DNA from: Fistulifera solaris
Lineage: Eukaryota
Direction: 5' to 3'
DNA length: 64,000 bases
NCBI GenBank assembly: GCA_030295235.1
Contig: AP026139.1
Span: 248,001-312,000 of the forward strand
In this document: one piece after another, positions 60,610 to 64,000 of the stretch
How positions within the stretch are numbered: position 1 is the first letter of the stretch
Layout of the letters: each line of letters opens with the position of its first letter
The notes under the pieces: generated by a model
Databases searched by the model: none
What the model saw: only the letters and a program-made list of their open reading frames with translations
Told to the model about the DNA's origin: nothing
Translations under genes and position numbers: made by a program

Positions 60610-61480
60610 TTTGTTTTTGCTTTGCGATGCTGCGGACACTTGACTTTGTCAATTGTGCTATTTGTAAGCGATTTCAAACCTTCAAGACATCAAAAGCAAG
60701 CACAGGGGTGAGTAAAGACTTCATCTCTTATGAGAACGAGACAAAAGGGTGCGAAAGTAGACGTTAATAAAGATCTTCATGGTAACTTACCTTTCAACAC
60801 GGCGATTCCTCTGAAAAGTGCGAACAAACAGCGACAATATAACGCATGGCGGTCGGCTTGGATACAATACTGTCGTATTTGTATTGTGTAGTGTATAATA
60901 GTAACATAGCCTTGGTAGTCCTCGCTACATGCGAATACGTGGTACTCAAATCACGTGAGAAAAAATACACCGCAGCTCGCTTTCAACCCAAAATCACACC
61001 ATGATGTCATCTTTGCTCTGAAAACAACGTATTATCCTCTGATATGCCTTTGCATCTTCACTCATTGACACCTGATCGTACTGGGTATCGAGTATCGGCG
61101 TAGACTGCCGCCTCACTCTCCTAAGACGATGAAATTTCCACTCGCGTCGCATGCACTCTAGTGGTGGTCATCACCGTTCAACGCCTCATCGAGCTTGTGC
61201 TGCCTTTCGTGAAGACCTGGATCATTTATCTCCTTCGTGGTCACATTGATATGATTCATTTTGTTTGAAGTTGAATTCTGCATCTTAAACTCTTGAATCA
61301 TCGTCCAGTGTCAGCGGTTTCGCCCTGCTGTCATAGCTCCTTTTTCGAATCTCGCCTACGAGAAGCAACTGTTGAGCACATACATAGCGTTCGGACGAGT
61401 TCTAATGATGAAGCTTCGCAATTGAAGTTGATCCTTTTAATAAGGTAACATTCCGCCGCCCGTCGATAATGGTAAAGGCA
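59064..61480. repeat. Segmental duplication unit B
   Basis: Direct repeat of about 50110-52486. Confidence 0.95.
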
Positions 61481-61641
61481 CACCTGAAACAAAGAAGACG
61501 AAGTTCTTCCCTACTGATGAGGCTCCGGTAAGAAATATGCACCGCGAAGAGGTCTAGAAGAGACTGAACTACCACTTCCTTCTGTCCCATGTAGTCCATG
61601 TGCTGATACGTCGGGTTGACGAACACAATTTTTTGATGAAT

Positions 61642-61843
61642 CATGCGGAAGTTTGCTTACTGGAACTTAAATAACATTTACCGGGAAGACCGACTATGTT
61701 CTGTGGACATAAGTTTTGCCGCAGATACCGACCAAAAAGTGAAGCAAATGTCGATGGATAACTTGTAATGCGTTTTAAGGAAGCGGTCTCGCCGTAGGTC
61801 GAAGGTTGGTCACAGTATTGGAGAAGTACTGGAAGCCTAATGG
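61642..61843 (+). pseudogene. Degenerate fragment of the seryl-tRNA synthetase gene
   Basis: catgcggaagtttgcttac.., cgactatgttctgtggacat.., agataccgaccaaaaagtgaagca and ggaagcggtctcgccgtagg..gaagcctaatgg match serS 54684-55014 with internal deletions. Confidence 0.85.
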
Positions 61844-61856
61844 TATGCTTCGTTTG

Positions 61857-62096
61857 CCCTTGACTGGAAGAATGTAAACGTTTAGACTTTTAGCATTGAA
61901 TATTAAACAACTTTTATAGTTATGATTTATGATTGATAAGAAAAGGTTGTTGAATGAAAATATACTCTGTAGCAAATACAAAGTAATAATGCGTGAGAGC
62001 GCTCCTTTTCTTCATTATTGTTGTTTCGACAGTACATAACCAACTATACAACAAAAATAGATAGACGAGATATAGCTACCTGGTTTAGCGTCGCAC
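61857..62096. repeat. Direct copy of intergenic 57484-57731
   Basis: Shared tatgatttatgattgataagaaaaggttgttgaatgaaaata and gtacataaccaactatacaacaaaaatagatagacgag. Confidence 0.9.
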
Positions 62097-62256
62097 AGGG
62101 ACTGGTTTATTCTTTCATCCGGGTTCTAAAGGTTGTGAAAGTTGCGCGCAACACAACAACAACAACAACAACAAACAACATCTAAATACATTCGACATTA
62201 TTTCGATAAACGCATCGACGGAGTATTACTTATTGATAATAAACATACTCAAAACC

Positions 62257-63265
62257 ATGGATTTGCTCAAAAGGAAATGGAACGCAAAAGAAAGTCTTGG
62301 AGAGTGCCAAGGCCAAATCGGGCCGTTTCATTCGAGTCAAAGACCTCCGGAAGGAAGAAGAAGAAACGCAAGGTACGAAACGACCCGCCGAGCCAAATAA
62401 TACCGAGACTTCCAAGCGTTCGAAAACGGATGATGTTGCACACAACGAATTACCCACCCAGAGTCAGCCGCCCATCCCCAAACAGCAATCGACGCGACAT
62501 GGTGTTACGGACGACATGAGCTCCATCGACGTTACCACGGAACTGCGTTCGTACGGCCTACCCATTCGACTTTTTTGGTGAAAGCGATATCGAACGAAGA
62601 GAACGATTGCAGGAAGCACGAAAGGCACAGAAAGAAACGCTGGCGACCTTGTCGGAAAAGGAAGAGTTTCGACTGGGCAAGGGACACAGTATTCGGAATC
62701 CCTTCCTGGAGAAGAACAACAATGAGGATGCGATTGCCGCACCAGCGAAACCGCCGGAAGAAAACAAGTGGACCATAGATGACGAAACGGATCCCCCTAA
62801 AAAAATTTATCGCTATTTGAAAGGTCTGCTTCGCGAATGGGAAGACGATTTGATGCAGCGTCCCGAAGAAGTCAAACGATCCGTCGCCGGACGAAACGAA
62901 ACCAAAACGCTAAAACAATGCAAAGATTACATTCGACCGCTCTTTAAATTGTGTAAGAATCGTACTTTAGCCGAAGACATGATGGGGCATATTCTCAAGA
63001 TTGTCGAGTACTGTCAGCAAGGAGAATTTGTCAAGGCCAACGACACCTATATTGATGTAGCCATTGGACGGGCCGCGTGGCCAATCGGTGTGACCATGGT
63101 GGGTATTCATGAGCGTACCGGACGATCGAAAATTAACAGTCAGAATGTGGCTCATGTGATGAATAGTGAATTGCAACGCAAATATTTGACGAGCGTGAAG
63201 CGTCTCATTACCTTGCACAACGCAAGCGACCCGATGTGGATCCGTCGAAAAAAGTAATTAATTGA
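62257..63265 (+). CDS. PRP18: Pre-mRNA splicing factor Prp18
   Basis: MDLLK..; ELRSYGLPIRLFGESDIERRERL (PRP4-like motif); YIDVAIGRAAWPIGVTMVGIHERTGRSKI..AHVMNSELQRKYLTSVKRL; DPSK. Frameshifts near 62272-62295, 62575 and 63215. Confidence 0.94.
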
Positions 63266-63887
63266 TTTTCGTCCGGAGATTAGTCTACACTGCTTTTTAT
63301 TTTGATGCATTTTCACTAGACCCTATGATGAATGCGACTTTTCGGTTGTTGGATGAAACAATAGATCAAAGCCAGTACCTGGTGCGACAACGGGAGAAGA
63401 CAGTGACAAGCTGCGAGAAGCGATCATGTTTTTTTTTTTCTTTTTCGATGTTCCCAGATCGCAGGAACATGAAAGCCATAACCACTTGTATGATTTTCAT
63501 AAAAAGCGATCACCGTTTCGTTCATACGATAACGCAATTTATACAATTAATTATCGCCGGCTAACATTTAGTCTAAATGGTCCCCCAAGCACTTATTGCA
63601 ACGCTAATTTTACAATATAGCGCAAAATTTATTCTCTTTTCCCGAGCAGGAGTTTTTTTGAAAGTGCAGGTTCGCTTTATCGGATGATAACAAAGCATCG
63701 CTGACTTGTCATTCATCATCTTGCGTCCCCAAAACAATTCCGACTGTGGCAAAGATTATGCCTGAATCGACAGCACTTTTACCGTAAATCAAACAGCTCT
63801 GCGAATCGCTGTACAATCGCTACTGCCCGTCTATTAGCGAATAACATTGTCTTTGCCTTCTTCATAAGCAAGCTAAGAAAAAACGTA

Positions 63888-64000
63888 GCTCTCATGGAAC
63901 GTCGTTATGATAACCACGTTCGAAATGCAATGAGCGTTAGATGTTTCTCCTCTCCTCCACGCACAGCTCATCTGCCTCAGTTTTCAGTACACCCGCTCTC
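63888..64000 (-). repeat. Inverted copy of 52602-52714, running off the window end
   Basis: Reverse-complement match, identical up to the last base of the window. Confidence 0.92.

Noticed and set aside
1..64000. CRISPR arrays, tRNA/rRNA genes, intact LTR or DDE transposons
   Set aside because: None seen on reading; a covariance-model scan (tRNAscan-SE/Infernal) would be needed to exclude small RNAs.

Overview
Gene-dense eukaryotic nuclear DNA with short GT-AG introns, almost certainly from a diatom: it carries a silicon transporter (SIT) and genes with bipartite plastid-type presequences. Many clearly conserved genes contain 1-nt frameshifts, mostly in homopolymer runs, so the assembly is probably unpolished and the ORF track fragments real genes. 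Recognisable genes are RPL18A (partial), a 3xHMG-box protein, a CDF metal transporter, three tandem SUMO genes, a PDZ-PPR protein, a small Cys-rich secreted protein, an AlkB-like oxygenase, a PHD-finger protein, a TrmA/RlmD methyltransferase, a bZIP protein, a bacterial-type SF1 helicase with a Vsr-like domain, CRAL-TRIO, ISWI, SIT, a ChaN-ArsM-like fusion, a Kazal plus V8-type protease, a FAD oxidoreductase, GH5-CBM6, organellar SerRS and PRP18. The most notable features are: (1) a collinear tandem duplication (about 50.1-57.7 kb versus 59.1-62.1 kb) that keeps two copies of a divergent TALE-homeodomain-like gene while the neighbouring genes decay, with a possible further inverted copy at the window end; (2) an 80-bp hairpin element in inverted orientation at both ends of a 9.1-kb block of accessory genes; (3) a helicase-nuclease resembling bacterial anti-phage proteins; (4) two paralogous Ser-rich microproteins sharing a Tyr-rich motif I do not recognise. 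All calls come from reading the sequence by eye; no searches were run.
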